This document shows positions 1 to 8,039 of a stretch of 14,703 nucleotides of DNA, piece by piece. Numbering within the stretch: the stretch's first letter is position 1; every line of letters starts with the position of its first letter. Position numbers and translations under genes: made by a program. Under the pieces are notes generated by a model, which worked only from the letters and a program-made list of their open reading frames with translations, made no database searches and was not told where the DNA came from. The DNA is taken from the NCBI GenBank assembly GCA_022560555.1, contig JADFSZ010000019.1, positions 1 to 14,703 on the forward strand. Reading direction: 5' to 3'. The stretch comes from PVC group bacterium. GTDB lineage: Bacteria; GCA-001730085; JADFSZ01.

Positions 1-1080
1 TTACAATCCATTTTGGCAAACCGAACGAAGGTTTTTAGTATTATTAGAGAGGAACTAACCGCCATTCGTGACAAATACGGGGACGCCCGGCGCACGCAGA
101 TTATTGCTGATGTTGAAGAATTGGATATTGAGGATCTTATCGCGGACGAAGATATGGTTATTACCATCACAAACTCGGGTTATATCAAACGTCTTCCCCC
201 CAGCACCTACCGGCAGCAGCATCGTGGGGGTAAAGGCGTCACGGGAATGACCACCAAAGAAGATGACTTTGTGAAACATATTTTTATTGCTTCCACACAT
301 GATTATCTTCTTGTGTTTACTGAAGAGGGCATGATGTTTTGGCTTAAGGTTCATGATATTCCCGAAGCCGGGCGGGTGGCCAAAGGAAAATCTGTGGTGA
401 ATATTCTTCAGCTGAAAGATACGCAGCGAATTGCCGCGATCATACAAACAAAAGATTTTGATCCGGACCATTTTCTTATCATGGCGACCGAAAACGGTAT
501 TGTTAAAAAAACATCTTTGGACGCATTCAAAAACCCTCGAAAGAACGGCATCATCGCTATGGGAGTTAAGCAAGGGGACCGGCTCATCAAAGTCAAAATG
601 TCCACGGGGAAAAACAAAATTATTCTTGGAACCTTTGACGGAAAATCATTGTGTTTTAAGGAAGAGAATGTGAGAAATATGGGACGTACAGCAAGCGGCG
701 TAACCGGAATGCGGATGAGCAAAGGGGACAAAATCGTCGGGATGGAAGTTCTGGAGGAAGGGGCCACCATCTTAACTGTATGCGAAAATGGACACGGCAA
801 GCGAACGGATTTTAAGGAATATCGTGTCCAAGGGAGGGGAGGCAAAGGCATCATTAACATCAAGACCACGGCGAGAAACGGCAAAGTGGTCGGATTTATG
901 GGCGTCTCAGACCATCACGATGTTATTGTCAGCACCCTCAAAGGTATGATTGTGCGCATGAGCATCAAAGATTTAAGGACAATCGGACGAAACACACAAG
1001 GGGTTAGGCTCGTATCTCTCAAGAATGGAGACAAAGTTGTTTCTGTTGCGAGGATTGACAAAAGGAGTGAAGAAGGGTAA
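1..1080 (+). CDS. gyrA: DNA gyrase subunit A, C-terminal part (5' end lies outside the window)
   Basis: The reading frame is open from nt 1 with no start codon; the TTG at 13 is only the ORF caller's start. The translation shows the GyrA C-terminal beta-pinwheel domain, with a GyrA-box-like QQHRGGKGVTG and repeated blade motifs (ITNSGYIKR, LLVFTEEGMMF, LIMATENGIVKK, ILTVCENGHGKR, VIVSTLKGMIVR). Stop TAA at 1078-1080. Confidence 0.95.
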   Translation, partial: LQSILANRTKVFSIIREELTAIRDKYGDARRTQIIADVEELDIEDLIADEDMVITITNSGYIKRLPPSTYRQQHRGGKGVTGMTTKEDDFVKHIFIASTHDYLLVFTEEGMMFWLKVHDIPEAGRVAKGKSVVNILQLKDTQRIAAIIQTKDFDPDHFLIMATENGIVKKTSLDAFKNPRKNGIIAMGVKQGDRLIKVKMSTGKNKIILGTFDGKSLCFKEENVRNMGRTASGVTGMRMSKGDKIVGMEVLEEGATILTVCENGHGKRTDFKEYRVQGRGGKGIINIKTTARNGKVVGFMGVSDHHDVIVSTLKGMIVRMSIKDLRTIGRNTQGVRLVSLKNGDKVVSVARIDKRSEEG

Positions 1081-1106
1081 AACACCAAAGAAGGAGCGAA
1101 AGGACG

Positions 1107-1511
1107 ATGGGGTTCCAAAAAAAAAGGGCACGAAGAGGATTTACTCTTATAGAAATTCTTATTGCTCTTTCCATTCTTGCTATAGGTCTTATTGGGATAT
1201 TTTCTCTTTTTCCCGTCGGAATGGACGCTCAACAGAAAAGCGAAGTGTACACTCTGGCCGCGAACCTGGCGAGCAAATGGGTTTCAACATATCAGGCCTT
1301 CGGGTGGAGGGAAGGGTATAGCGTGTCTGGAGGGGAAGAGGATTGGCAAACGGACGATGATTACGATGGACTGGAGTTTAAAAGAATTTTTTCTGACGGA
1401 ATTGATACGACCGATTCAAGTGACATTATCAAAATAAAAGTCCAGTATTATAATCGCGGCAAAGCAACCGAGCTGTACTTTGGCGATTATTATATACAGT
1501 CGTATGATTGA
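1107..1511 (+). CDS. Prepilin-type N-terminal cleavage/methylation domain protein (type IV pilin / T2SS pseudopilin-like), 134 aa
   Basis: The N-terminus MGFQKKRARRG|FTLIEILIALSILAIGLIGIF has a basic leader, G-1/F+1/E+5 prepilin peptidase motif and a hydrophobic helix. AAGGAG at 1091-1096 precedes ATG 1107. The gene starts 26 nt after the gyrA stop, so co-transcription is likely. Confidence 0.8.
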   Translation: MGFQKKRARRGFTLIEILIALSILAIGLIGIFSLFPVGMDAQQKSEVYTLAANLASKWVSTYQAFGWREGYSVSGGEEDWQTDDDYDGLEFKRIFSDGIDTTDSSDIIKIKVQYYNRGKATELYFGDYYIQSYD

Positions 1512-1538
1512 TTTCACTCATTGTCCTGTATTTGAGAC

Positions 1539-3386
1539 CTAGCGAAGCCGAGACCTCAAAAGAGAAAGCGCTTTTTGTTTATCCCCGCTCTTAGCAAATA
1601 ACACTCCCAAATTAAAATAAGCTCTTGGATCTTCGTATACCGACAGGAATCGCTGAAGATACTCTTTGCCTTGATTCATGCGGTTAAGATCAATCGAAAG
1701 CGACGCGATTTGAAAAAGAGCCTCGCGATAATAAGGGTCTATGGCCAATGCTTGTTGATACGCTTGATACGCTAAAGGGTAATTTCGGGTTTTGCGATAA
1801 CATTCTCCCAAAAGATAGTATCTTTCCTTCCTTACGCGTCTGTCTAACGCCTGTTGGGTGTGTTGGATCGCTTGGGCATAATCTTCCAAGTAAAAGAAGG
1901 CTTCTCCAAGACGAAAATCCAATTCGGACCTTTTAGGATCCAGGGATTGCGCGAAAGTGTATCGGAGAACGGCTTGGGAATAATCTCGTTCCTTCATGGA
2001 AGCGAAAGCCTTTTTGTAAGCCATATCCGCCGCGAAAGGTTTGGCACACCAAATCACCAAAAAGACCAGCAAAAGGCTCCCGGCTTCAACCATAAGCATT
2101 TTTGTGCTAGAAGCACGTTGTCCCCAAGAGATACGAACGACTCGAGCATTAAACTGGCTTGCAAGCATGCCGGCCATGGCAAAAAAAGGAACACTCGTGG
2201 CCGTCAAACGAAAAGGAAAGTGGCCAAGCGAATACAAGCTAACAGCCCCTAAGCCTGCGAGGATCCCTAGCGTGAGCGATTTATGGCGATCGTTTTGATG
2301 ACGAATCAACAGAAAAACCTTCTGGCAATAGCATAAAACCAGGACGAAAAAAACAATCACTCCGACCAAACCCCACTCCACCAGCGACTCTAAAACATCA
2401 CTTTCGACATGCGGATGAAACCAGTCGACAGAAACCACCCCCGGGGAAGAAGCGGTGGTTGTTAAAACATGGCCTTTGGCCCCGGAGTATAAAGCCGAAA
2501 AGCCCCCCAATCCATGGCCCCAAAGAGGCGATAAACAAAACAAATAAAAAGCCATCTTGAAATAAAGGCTTCTTTGTCCAAAAGAAAATTGTTTGTGGAC
2601 GAGCCCCCCAAGATCATTTATGAAAAAGGCAAAGAAAAACAGGACCCCTCCCATGAGAACGGCGAGAAAAAACTTGTGAGAATAAATCCGGCGGGGGCAA
2701 ACAAAAGCCGTCAGGATGATGGCCAACGAAAGAACCGTCCCGGAAAATGATCGCGTTAGAAAAATCGTACATAATATGAGTACCGACAGAAACATATAAA
2801 ACGTGCTTTTGCGTGAACAATTTGGCGCATTCGTTGTATGAAATAAAGACAAGGGAAAAACTAAAAGAAGAAAACCTGAGAGAAACTGGCGGTTGCCCAG
2901 AGTCGAGAAGACGTGGTTTGGATTGGCATGAGGGCGCCAGGCAAGCACATCCCAGCCCAAGAATTGGGACCACCCCAATAGACAAACGAAAAAAGAGCCC
3001 AATAATAGAGCACGCGTTAAAAAAGATATGTCCCTAACATCTTTTGTGATTTTTGAAAAGAGAAAGAAAACAAAAAAGCAGATCAAGATGTGACGAAAAG
3101 CCCACAAGCCTTCATAGTTGTTTGGGGAGAAAACAACTCTAATCGCAAAATAACCTAAAAATAGGCATATGAAAACATCAAAAAGGTTGATGCGGATAGA
3201 AAATGTTCCTTTTTTAACGAAATTCAAGAAAAGGAAAAAAGCAAATATAATTAAATACAATTCCGTCATGATGTGTTTAGGCAGCAAAAAAGAATCTTGG
3301 CTGAACGGGGTCATAAAAAGAGGCACAAGGACAAGAAGACCGGACAAGAAAAGGAGTTTTTTTGATACAGGGACACATGGAATCAT
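1539..3386 (-). CDS. Polytopic membrane protein of the O-antigen ligase/polymerase (Wzy_C) type with a C-terminal TPR domain, 615 aa
   Basis: The first ~440 aa are highly hydrophobic and multi-helical. They include a Wzy_C-like loop (GHGLGGFSALY ... WFHPHVESDVLESLVEWGLVGVIVFF, compare the H.HN.yL..l.E.G..G signature). The last ~170 aa are TPR-like repeats (DYSQAVLRYTFAQSLDP, DYAQAIQHTQQAL, NYPLAYQAYQQALAIDPYYREAL). Confidence 0.8.
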   Translation of the reverse strand: MIPCVPVSKKLLFLSGLLVLVPLFMTPFSQDSFLLPKHIMTELYLIIFAFFLFLNFVKKGTFSIRINLFDVFICLFLGYFAIRVVFSPNNYEGLWAFRHILICFFVFFLFSKITKDVRDISFLTRALLLGSFFVCLLGWSQFLGWDVLAWRPHANPNHVFSTLGNRQFLSGFLLLVFPLSLFHTTNAPNCSRKSTFYMFLSVLILCTIFLTRSFSGTVLSLAIILTAFVCPRRIYSHKFFLAVLMGGVLFFFAFFINDLGGLVHKQFSFGQRSLYFKMAFYLFCLSPLWGHGLGGFSALYSGAKGHVLTTTASSPGVVSVDWFHPHVESDVLESLVEWGLVGVIVFFVLVLCYCQKVFLLIRHQNDRHKSLTLGILAGLGAVSLYSLGHFPFRLTATSVPFFAMAGMLASQFNARVVRISWGQRASSTKMLMVEAGSLLLVFLVIWCAKPFAADMAYKKAFASMKERDYSQAVLRYTFAQSLDPKRSELDFRLGEAFFYLEDYAQAIQHTQQALDRRVRKERYYLLGECYRKTRNYPLAYQAYQQALAIDPYYREALFQIASLSIDLNRMNQGKEYLQRFLSVYEDPRAYFNLGVLFAKSGDKQKALSLLRSRLR

Positions 3387-3392
3387 GGTATA

Positions 3393-3420
3393 AAGATACA
3401 GAAATTTGTGGTATTGTCAA
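3393..3420 (-). promoter_or_regulatory. Candidate sigma70-type promoter for the Wzy_C/TPR gene; the transcript may be leaderless
   Basis: The minus strand reads TTGACA (3420-3415), a 16-nt spacer, then TATCTT (3398-3393). The ATG at 3386 lies 7 nt beyond the -10 element, and no Shine-Dalgarno sequence precedes it. This is a motif match only. Confidence 0.3.
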
Positions 3421-3567
3421 TGGGAAGGTCAGATTCTCCATAATCTTTGATTCTGAAAAATCTGACACAAGATATTTTGGGTTCCAGATATGGGGAGGCC
3501 AGATTTCCCATAATCTTCGATTCTGAAAAATCTGACACAAGATATTTTGGGTTCCAGATATGGGGAG
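3420..3567. repeat. Direct tandem repeat, period 70 bp, about 2.1 copies
   Basis: Segment 3420-3497 aligns with 3490-3567 at an offset of exactly 70, with 5 mismatches (3425, 3429, 3436, 3437, 3448 against their +70 partners). A degenerate partial copy may lie at about 3393-3419. The repeat sits in the 207-bp divergent intergenic region between the Wzy_C/TPR gene and dcd. Confidence 0.9.
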
Positions 3568-3593
3568 ACGAAACCGCGAACGTGAGGAAAAAT

Positions 3594-4139
3594 ATGATTT
3601 TATCGGATAAAAAGCTCAAGCAAATGATTCGCGAAAAAGAGCTTGTCATTGAACCTTTAGGGGAAAATTCTATTCAGGCGGCATCGATTGATTGCCGGCT
3701 CGGAAATCATTTTTTAGCCGTCGAAGACAAAGACAGGGACATATTAACGCTGGATCAGGAAATCTTGTATCGGGACATTCATGGAGAAGAGAGTATTATC
3801 CCGGCGCATTCCTTTCTTTTGGCAACAACGCTAGAATATATAAAACTGCCCAATCATGTTACGGCCTTTGTAGAAGGGAGAAGTTCGATTGGGCGTATGG
3901 GGCTTTTTATACAAAACGCGGGATGGGTAGATCCGGGGTTTGAAGGGAAGATCACGCTTGAACTTTACAACGCGAATTCGTTGCCGATCAAATTACAATC
4001 GGGAAGAAGGATATGTCAGCTGGTGTTTTGTGAACTGGACCAGCCGGCCGAATTTCCTTATCGGGGAAAATACCAGAAGCAAGATCAAGCCATCGGAAGC
4101 CGTATCTATAAGGATGTCGAAATTCAGGGCTCTGTTTAA
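3594..4139 (+). CDS. dcd: dCTP deaminase (dUTPase-superfamily trimer), 181 aa
   Basis: MILSDKKLKQMI...IEPL...IQAASIDCRLG...VEGRSSIGRMGLFIQNAGWVDPGFEGKITLELYN...GRRICQLVF matches the Dcd family pattern. The start is taken at ATG 3594 (residue 50 of the track ORF) because GAGG at 3584-3587 precedes it. The upstream 49 codons merely read through the tandem repeat. Confidence 0.92.
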   Translation: MILSDKKLKQMIREKELVIEPLGENSIQAASIDCRLGNHFLAVEDKDRDILTLDQEILYRDIHGEESIIPAHSFLLATTLEYIKLPNHVTAFVEGRSSIGRMGLFIQNAGWVDPGFEGKITLELYNANSLPIKLQSGRRICQLVFCELDQPAEFPYRGKYQKQDQAIGSRIYKDVEIQGSV

Positions 4140-4184
4140 AACGAGCTGCTTGGCTCAGGCTTGCCGTTCAGACTAAAAAAAGTT

Positions 4185-5261
4185 TCAAAGGGTTGACGAT
4201 GAATGGCGTCTTTGAAGAAAGAGAAAATCAACCAGCACAGAAGCAATCATGGCTTCGACTACGGGAACTACGCGCGGACACAAGCAGGGATCGTGCCGCC
4301 CTTTCACTTCGATCGTCTCTGTTTTAAGACGGGTGTTAACCGTAACTTGTTTTTGCGCAATAGACGAGGGGGGTTTGGTTACTACGCGCATGACAAGGTC
4401 TTCCCCGTTGGAAATCCCTCCCGCAATTCCTCCGGCATGATTCGTTTTTGTGCGGATTTTATTGTTTTTGACAACCATTAAGTCATTCGACTCTGAGCCC
4501 TTTTGGTGCTGACTTGCGAATCCCGATCCGAATTCGACGCCTTTGATGGTTCCGATAGACAGAAGGGCGTATCCCAGGCGAGCTTCAAGCTTGTCAAAAA
4601 CAGGTTCCCCTAGGCCCGGGGGACAACCTTTCACAACGGCTTCAACAATTCCCCCAACGGAATCCCGCTCTTTACGGGCCGATTCAATCGCTTCAATCAT
4701 AAGTTTTGCTTGATCATTATCCGGAGAACGGACCATGTTTTGCTCGATATGATCAAAATTGATTTGCTTGGCGTAAATACCGGCTACAGCCAGCGTGTAG
4801 GCTGTTATGCGGATTCCTTTTTCTAAAAGAATTTTTTTCGCGATGGCACCGGCGGCGACGCGGCAAGCTGTTTCACGGCCCGAGGAACGCCCCCCTCCCC
4901 GATAATCACGGACGCCGTACTTGGCAAAATACGTGTAATCGGCGTGTCCCGGACGAAAAACATCTTTAATGTTGGAATAATCCTTGGGACGTGTGTCTGT
5001 ATTGCGGATCAATAAAGCGATAGGGGTCCCGGTTGTCACTCCTTCAAAAACACCGGAAAGAATTTCAACTTGGTCAGCTTCTTTTCTTTGTGTCGTGATC
5101 GAGCTTTGTCCCGGGCGCCTGCGATCCAAATCTTTTTGTATATCCTCTGCTTTTAAGGACAATCGCGCAGGAACCCCATCCACGATGACACCAATAGCGG
5201 GACCATGACTTTCCCCAAAAGTTGTAAAACGAAATAATTCTCCAAAAGTATTGCCGGACAT
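4185..5261 (-). CDS. aroC: Chorismate synthase, 358 aa
   Basis: Shows the family N-terminus MSGNTFGELFRFTTFGESHGPAIGVIVDGVPA plus RRRPGQS, RPGHADYTY and RSSGRETA motifs. GGAG lies 7 nt upstream of the ATG. Confidence 0.97.
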   Translation of the reverse strand: MSGNTFGELFRFTTFGESHGPAIGVIVDGVPARLSLKAEDIQKDLDRRRPGQSSITTQRKEADQVEILSGVFEGVTTGTPIALLIRNTDTRPKDYSNIKDVFRPGHADYTYFAKYGVRDYRGGGRSSGRETACRVAAGAIAKKILLEKGIRITAYTLAVAGIYAKQINFDHIEQNMVRSPDNDQAKLMIEAIESARKERDSVGGIVEAVVKGCPPGLGEPVFDKLEARLGYALLSIGTIKGVEFGSGFASQHQKGSESNDLMVVKNNKIRTKTNHAGGIAGGISNGEDLVMRVVTKPPSSIAQKQVTVNTRLKTETIEVKGRHDPCLCPRVVPVVEAMIASVLVDFLFLQRRHSSSTL

Positions 5262-5277
5262 GATTTCTCCGAAATTA

Positions 5278-5441
5278 GGTCACAAGGACACAGGTCACAA
5301 GTACACAAGTAAATACAATAAATGAGTTTAACAATAAACTACAGAGAACCATAGATTATCACTTGTGAAGAGTTGCGTCAATAACTCTCATTGAAGTTGG
5401 TTTTGATTTTTCTTGTGACTTGTGTGTTTGTGACTTGTGTC
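5278..5441. repeat. Inverted arrays of CACAAG-type motifs flanking an AT-rich core
   Basis: The left arm 5278-5309 is GGTCACAAG GACACAG GTCACAAG TACACAAG. The right arm 5412-5441 is CTTGTGA CTTGTGTGT TTGTGA CTTGTGTC, the same motif inverted. Segment 5287-5309 matches the reverse complement of 5419-5441 at 20 of 23 positions. A further TCACTTGTGA palindrome lies at about 5359-5368 in the core. Confidence 0.8.
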
Positions 5442-6506
5442 TTACGTAATCATACCGCAGCCGAGACAGTTTTCCCCGTCATAAAAGACGGCAAATTGCC
5501 CGCTAGCAATCCCGGCATCTTCGGCCTGAAGACTCACCTCATAAACAGAATTGTCGATTTTGTGAATACGTCCCGGAATTAAATTTTCTCCATGGCGGAT
5601 TTTAATAAAAAGATCTTGATTGTCAAAGGGAGCATCCGAAATCCAACTGGGACTATGGATTTTAAAAGCGTTTCTTTTGCGAGTATGAAGAGTATCAAAA
5701 TGAGATACGTATACGACATTTTCTTCAATATTCTTTTTGACAACATACCAAGGTCCTCCCGATAAACCCAAGCCATGACGTTGACCAATCGTATGATACC
5801 AATAACCCCGATGGGAACCGAGTTTTTCCGAGCTTGTGATGTCCACAATATCCCCGGGCTGTTCTCCTAAGTGAAACCGGACGAACTCATTAAATTTAAT
5901 GTTACCCAAAAAACAAATGCCTTGGCTGTCTTTTCGGTTTTTTGTGGGCAGCCCGGTTTGTTGGGCGTACGCGCGAACATCTTTTTTACGGATACTTCCG
6001 ATGGGAAACAAGGCGCGGCGGAGTTGCGCTTGATTCAAATGCGACAAAAAATATGTTTGGTCCTTGATGGGATCTTTGGCGCGAAGCAATTGATAACATG
6101 AACCTTTATCATGAATTCGGGCATAATGGCCCGTAGCCACTTTCTCGAAATCATCAGGAATTTTTTCTAAAAACGCGCCAAACTTGATTCGCGCGTTACA
6201 AAAGATGTCGGGACTAGGCGTGCGGCCTTCCTTTAATTCCCGGATGGTGTAGCTAACCACGCGATCAAGATATTCTGTCTGCAAAGAAACAATATGAAGA
6301 GGAATCTGAAGTTGATCACATACTTTATGGGCATAATCAAGATCTTCCTGCCAAGGGCATTCCCCGATATGCTGCAGCTCATCTTCAAGCCAGATTTTAA
6401 TGTAAAAAGCCTCCAAAACGTGTCCCTCAGCTTTAAGAAGTGACGCCGCAACGGAACTATCAACACCGCCGGATAAGAGAATCGCAATTTTGAGATGCTG
6501 GGACAT
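5442..6506 (-). CDS. mnmA: tRNA-specific 2-thiouridylase (s2U34 synthesis), 354 aa
   Basis: Has the PP-loop IAILLSGGVDSSVAA, the family body (GHYARI, DQTYFL, KDSQGICFLG) and the C-terminal beta-barrel region. The start is moved to ATG 6506. The track's GTG at 6512 overlaps the GGAG (6516-6513 on the minus strand) that serves as RBS for the ATG. Confidence 0.94.
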   Translation of the reverse strand: MSQHLKIAILLSGGVDSSVAASLLKAEGHVLEAFYIKIWLEDELQHIGECPWQEDLDYAHKVCDQLQIPLHIVSLQTEYLDRVVSYTIRELKEGRTPSPDIFCNARIKFGAFLEKIPDDFEKVATGHYARIHDKGSCYQLLRAKDPIKDQTYFLSHLNQAQLRRALFPIGSIRKKDVRAYAQQTGLPTKNRKDSQGICFLGNIKFNEFVRFHLGEQPGDIVDITSSEKLGSHRGYWYHTIGQRHGLGLSGGPWYVVKKNIEENVVYVSHFDTLHTRKRNAFKIHSPSWISDAPFDNQDLFIKIRHGENLIPGRIHKIDNSVYEVSLQAEDAGIASGQFAVFYDGENCLGCGMIT

Positions 6507-6521
6507 GAACACTCCGAACCA

Positions 6522-7940
6522 TTATGATGGGTTTTGAAGAAATCCGGCAGGTAGAAGGGAGTCGACTTCTCCCTCAAGGGAAAGAGAAAGAGATTTTGTT
6601 ACCCGCACGAGAGCAAATGAGCCGATCAAGCTTTTGTCCGATGAGGCAATACGAATCGGGATACGCCCTTCCGTTTTACCCATCAAAAAACCTTTTTTAC
6701 GCCCCTCAGCTTCAATAAGAACAGGGAGGATTTTCCCGGCCTGTTTTTCGTTTTGTGCCGATGCGACACGCATGAGATCCGTTGTTAAAATCCGAAAACG
6801 GGATTTTTTTGTGTTCGCGCTCACCGTATCCTCCCAGCGGGCACTCACCGCTCCCGGACGAGGGGAGTATTGAGCAATATACGCCATATGAAACTGAAAT
6901 TGATCCATAGCTTGGCGTGTACCTAAGAAGTGCTCTTCCTCTTCGTCGGGGAATCCGACAATAATGTCTGTAAACAAAGTGGCTAAGGGTAAAATTTCAC
7001 GGACCCACCGGACAATATTTTCATAATGATTGATGGTATAAGAGCGATTCATTTTCTTTAAGATCCTATCATCTCCCGATTGAAGCGGTAGATGGATGTT
7101 GTTTGCTAAGCAGGGATATTTAGCCATGGTTTCCAAAACGTCCCGCGTCATGTCGCGTGGGTGAGGACTTGTGAAATAAACCCAAAAATCTTTTTTGGAC
7201 GCAGTTCCGATTTTACCGATGTCTTCCATAAGATCTTTAAAAAAATACGCGTCCTCTTTTTTGTCATGTCCGTACGAATTAACATTTTGTCCGAGAAGCG
7301 TTATGGATTTATATCCTTTTTCAACAAGACGTCCCACCTCATTTAAAATATCCTTAGAGCCCCGGGAAATTTCTCGTCCGCGTGTGTAAGGCACTGCACA
7401 AAAGGTGCAAAATTTGTCACAGCCGTTTTGGATGGGAACAAAGGCCTGAAAAGGCGAAGAGTATTTGGGCTGAATATCCCAAAAGTGCGTATCAAAATCT
7501 GTACGGATGCCGGCTCTTTTTCGGGAAATACCGCGAATAGGCGTCACCATACCGTACTGATCAAAAATGTCGGGTAAACGGGGAAGATCATCAATCTTAA
7601 ATAAAAGGTCGAATAGTTTTAAGAATTTTTTTTCATCCGCGGGAAGAATACAGCCGGAAACAAATGTGATCAGGCTTCTCTTGTCTTTCCACTTGTTCCA
7701 TTGATGAATCCGACCGTACACGCGATCGATCGCTTTTTGACGGACCGAACAAGAAACAACGCCTAAGAGGTCCGCTTCATCTTCATGGCTTGTAGGCTCG
7801 TAGCCCATGTCTTCCAGCACGGAGGTGATTCTCTCGGTGTCCGATGAATTCATCTGACAGCCCAAAGGCAAGATAAAATACCTAAGAGGCCGTGTGCGGT
7901 TTAAGCTTTGTTTATTTTGATCAATGTGTGCTAGGATCAT
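6522..7940 (-). CDS. miaB: tRNA-i6A37 methylthiotransferase (radical SAM MTTase), 472 aa
   Basis: The N-terminal UPF0004 domain carries the MiaB-type GCQMN motif (YFILPLGCQMNSSDTE). The radical-SAM cluster motif is GCDKFCTFCAVPYTRG, and there is a C-terminal TRAM-like segment. The stop lies 15 nt upstream of the mnmA start, so an operon is likely. Confidence 0.9.
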   Translation of the reverse strand: MILAHIDQNKQSLNRTRPLRYFILPLGCQMNSSDTERITSVLEDMGYEPTSHEDEADLLGVVSCSVRQKAIDRVYGRIHQWNKWKDKRSLITFVSGCILPADEKKFLKLFDLLFKIDDLPRLPDIFDQYGMVTPIRGISRKRAGIRTDFDTHFWDIQPKYSSPFQAFVPIQNGCDKFCTFCAVPYTRGREISRGSKDILNEVGRLVEKGYKSITLLGQNVNSYGHDKKEDAYFFKDLMEDIGKIGTASKKDFWVYFTSPHPRDMTRDVLETMAKYPCLANNIHLPLQSGDDRILKKMNRSYTINHYENIVRWVREILPLATLFTDIIVGFPDEEEEHFLGTRQAMDQFQFHMAYIAQYSPRPGAVSARWEDTVSANTKKSRFRILTTDLMRVASAQNEKQAGKILPVLIEAEGRKKGFLMGKTEGRIPIRIASSDKSLIGSFALVRVTKSLSLSLEGEVDSLLPAGFLQNPS

Positions 7941-8039
7941 CCGAATAGGATACTCTATTTACGGATTTGAAGTCAACTTAAAAGGAAGACTTTCTCAGAC
8001 CCGTTAAAATCGCAACTCTTTTATTGTAAATTGTTTATA

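Noticed and set aside
55-884. Long minus-strand ORFs (172 and 158 aa) inside gyrA, and similar antisense or off-frame ORFs inside aroC, miaB, mnmG, mnmE and the Wzy_C/TPR gene
   Set aside because: These are shadow ORFs opposite or offset from genes with strong family signatures. They have no motifs of their own and a low-complexity, odd amino-acid composition.
3420-3567. Whether the 70-bp repeats are a CRISPR array
   Set aside because: The two units are directly adjacent with no spacers, the unit length is well beyond that of CRISPR repeats, and no cas genes are present.
3447-3593. N-terminal 49 codons of the 230-aa track ORF that precedes the dcd body
   Set aside because: These codons simply read through the 70-bp tandem repeat and give repeated peptide text. 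No RBS precedes position 3447. The Dcd family sequence begins at MILSDKK (ATG 3594), which has GAGG upstream, so this is treated as non-coding.
3277-3649. Two minus-strand ORFs (87 and 88 aa) sharing the peptide PHIWNPKYLVSDFSESKIM
   Set aside because: The shared peptide is an artefact of translating both copies of the tandem DNA repeat. The ORFs overlap the starts of the Wzy_C/TPR gene and dcd and have no RBS or recognisable domain.
4140-4184. A bidirectional intrinsic terminator between convergent dcd and aroC
   Set aside because: Only a 4-bp GAGC/GCTC stem is present, and the A7 run has no adjacent GC-rich hairpin. This is not convincing on either strand.
5391-5582. A plus-strand 63-aa ORF starting MKLVLIFLVTCVFVTCVL that looks like a signal peptide or TM helix
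   Set aside because: The hydrophobic text comes from translating the TG-rich CTTGTGA repeat arm. The rest of the ORF is antisense to the well-supported mnmA gene.
6510-6512. The GTG start for mnmA given by the ORF track
   Set aside because: The GTG overlaps the GGAG that forms the Shine-Dalgarno sequence for the ATG two codons downstream (6506), so the ATG is the more plausible start.
7941-8039. A TPP riboswitch upstream of the ThiO-like gene
   Set aside because: The 99-nt spacer is too short. The only CUGAGA-like string is on the opposite strand, facing miaB, and no pyrimidine-sensor helix motifs were seen.
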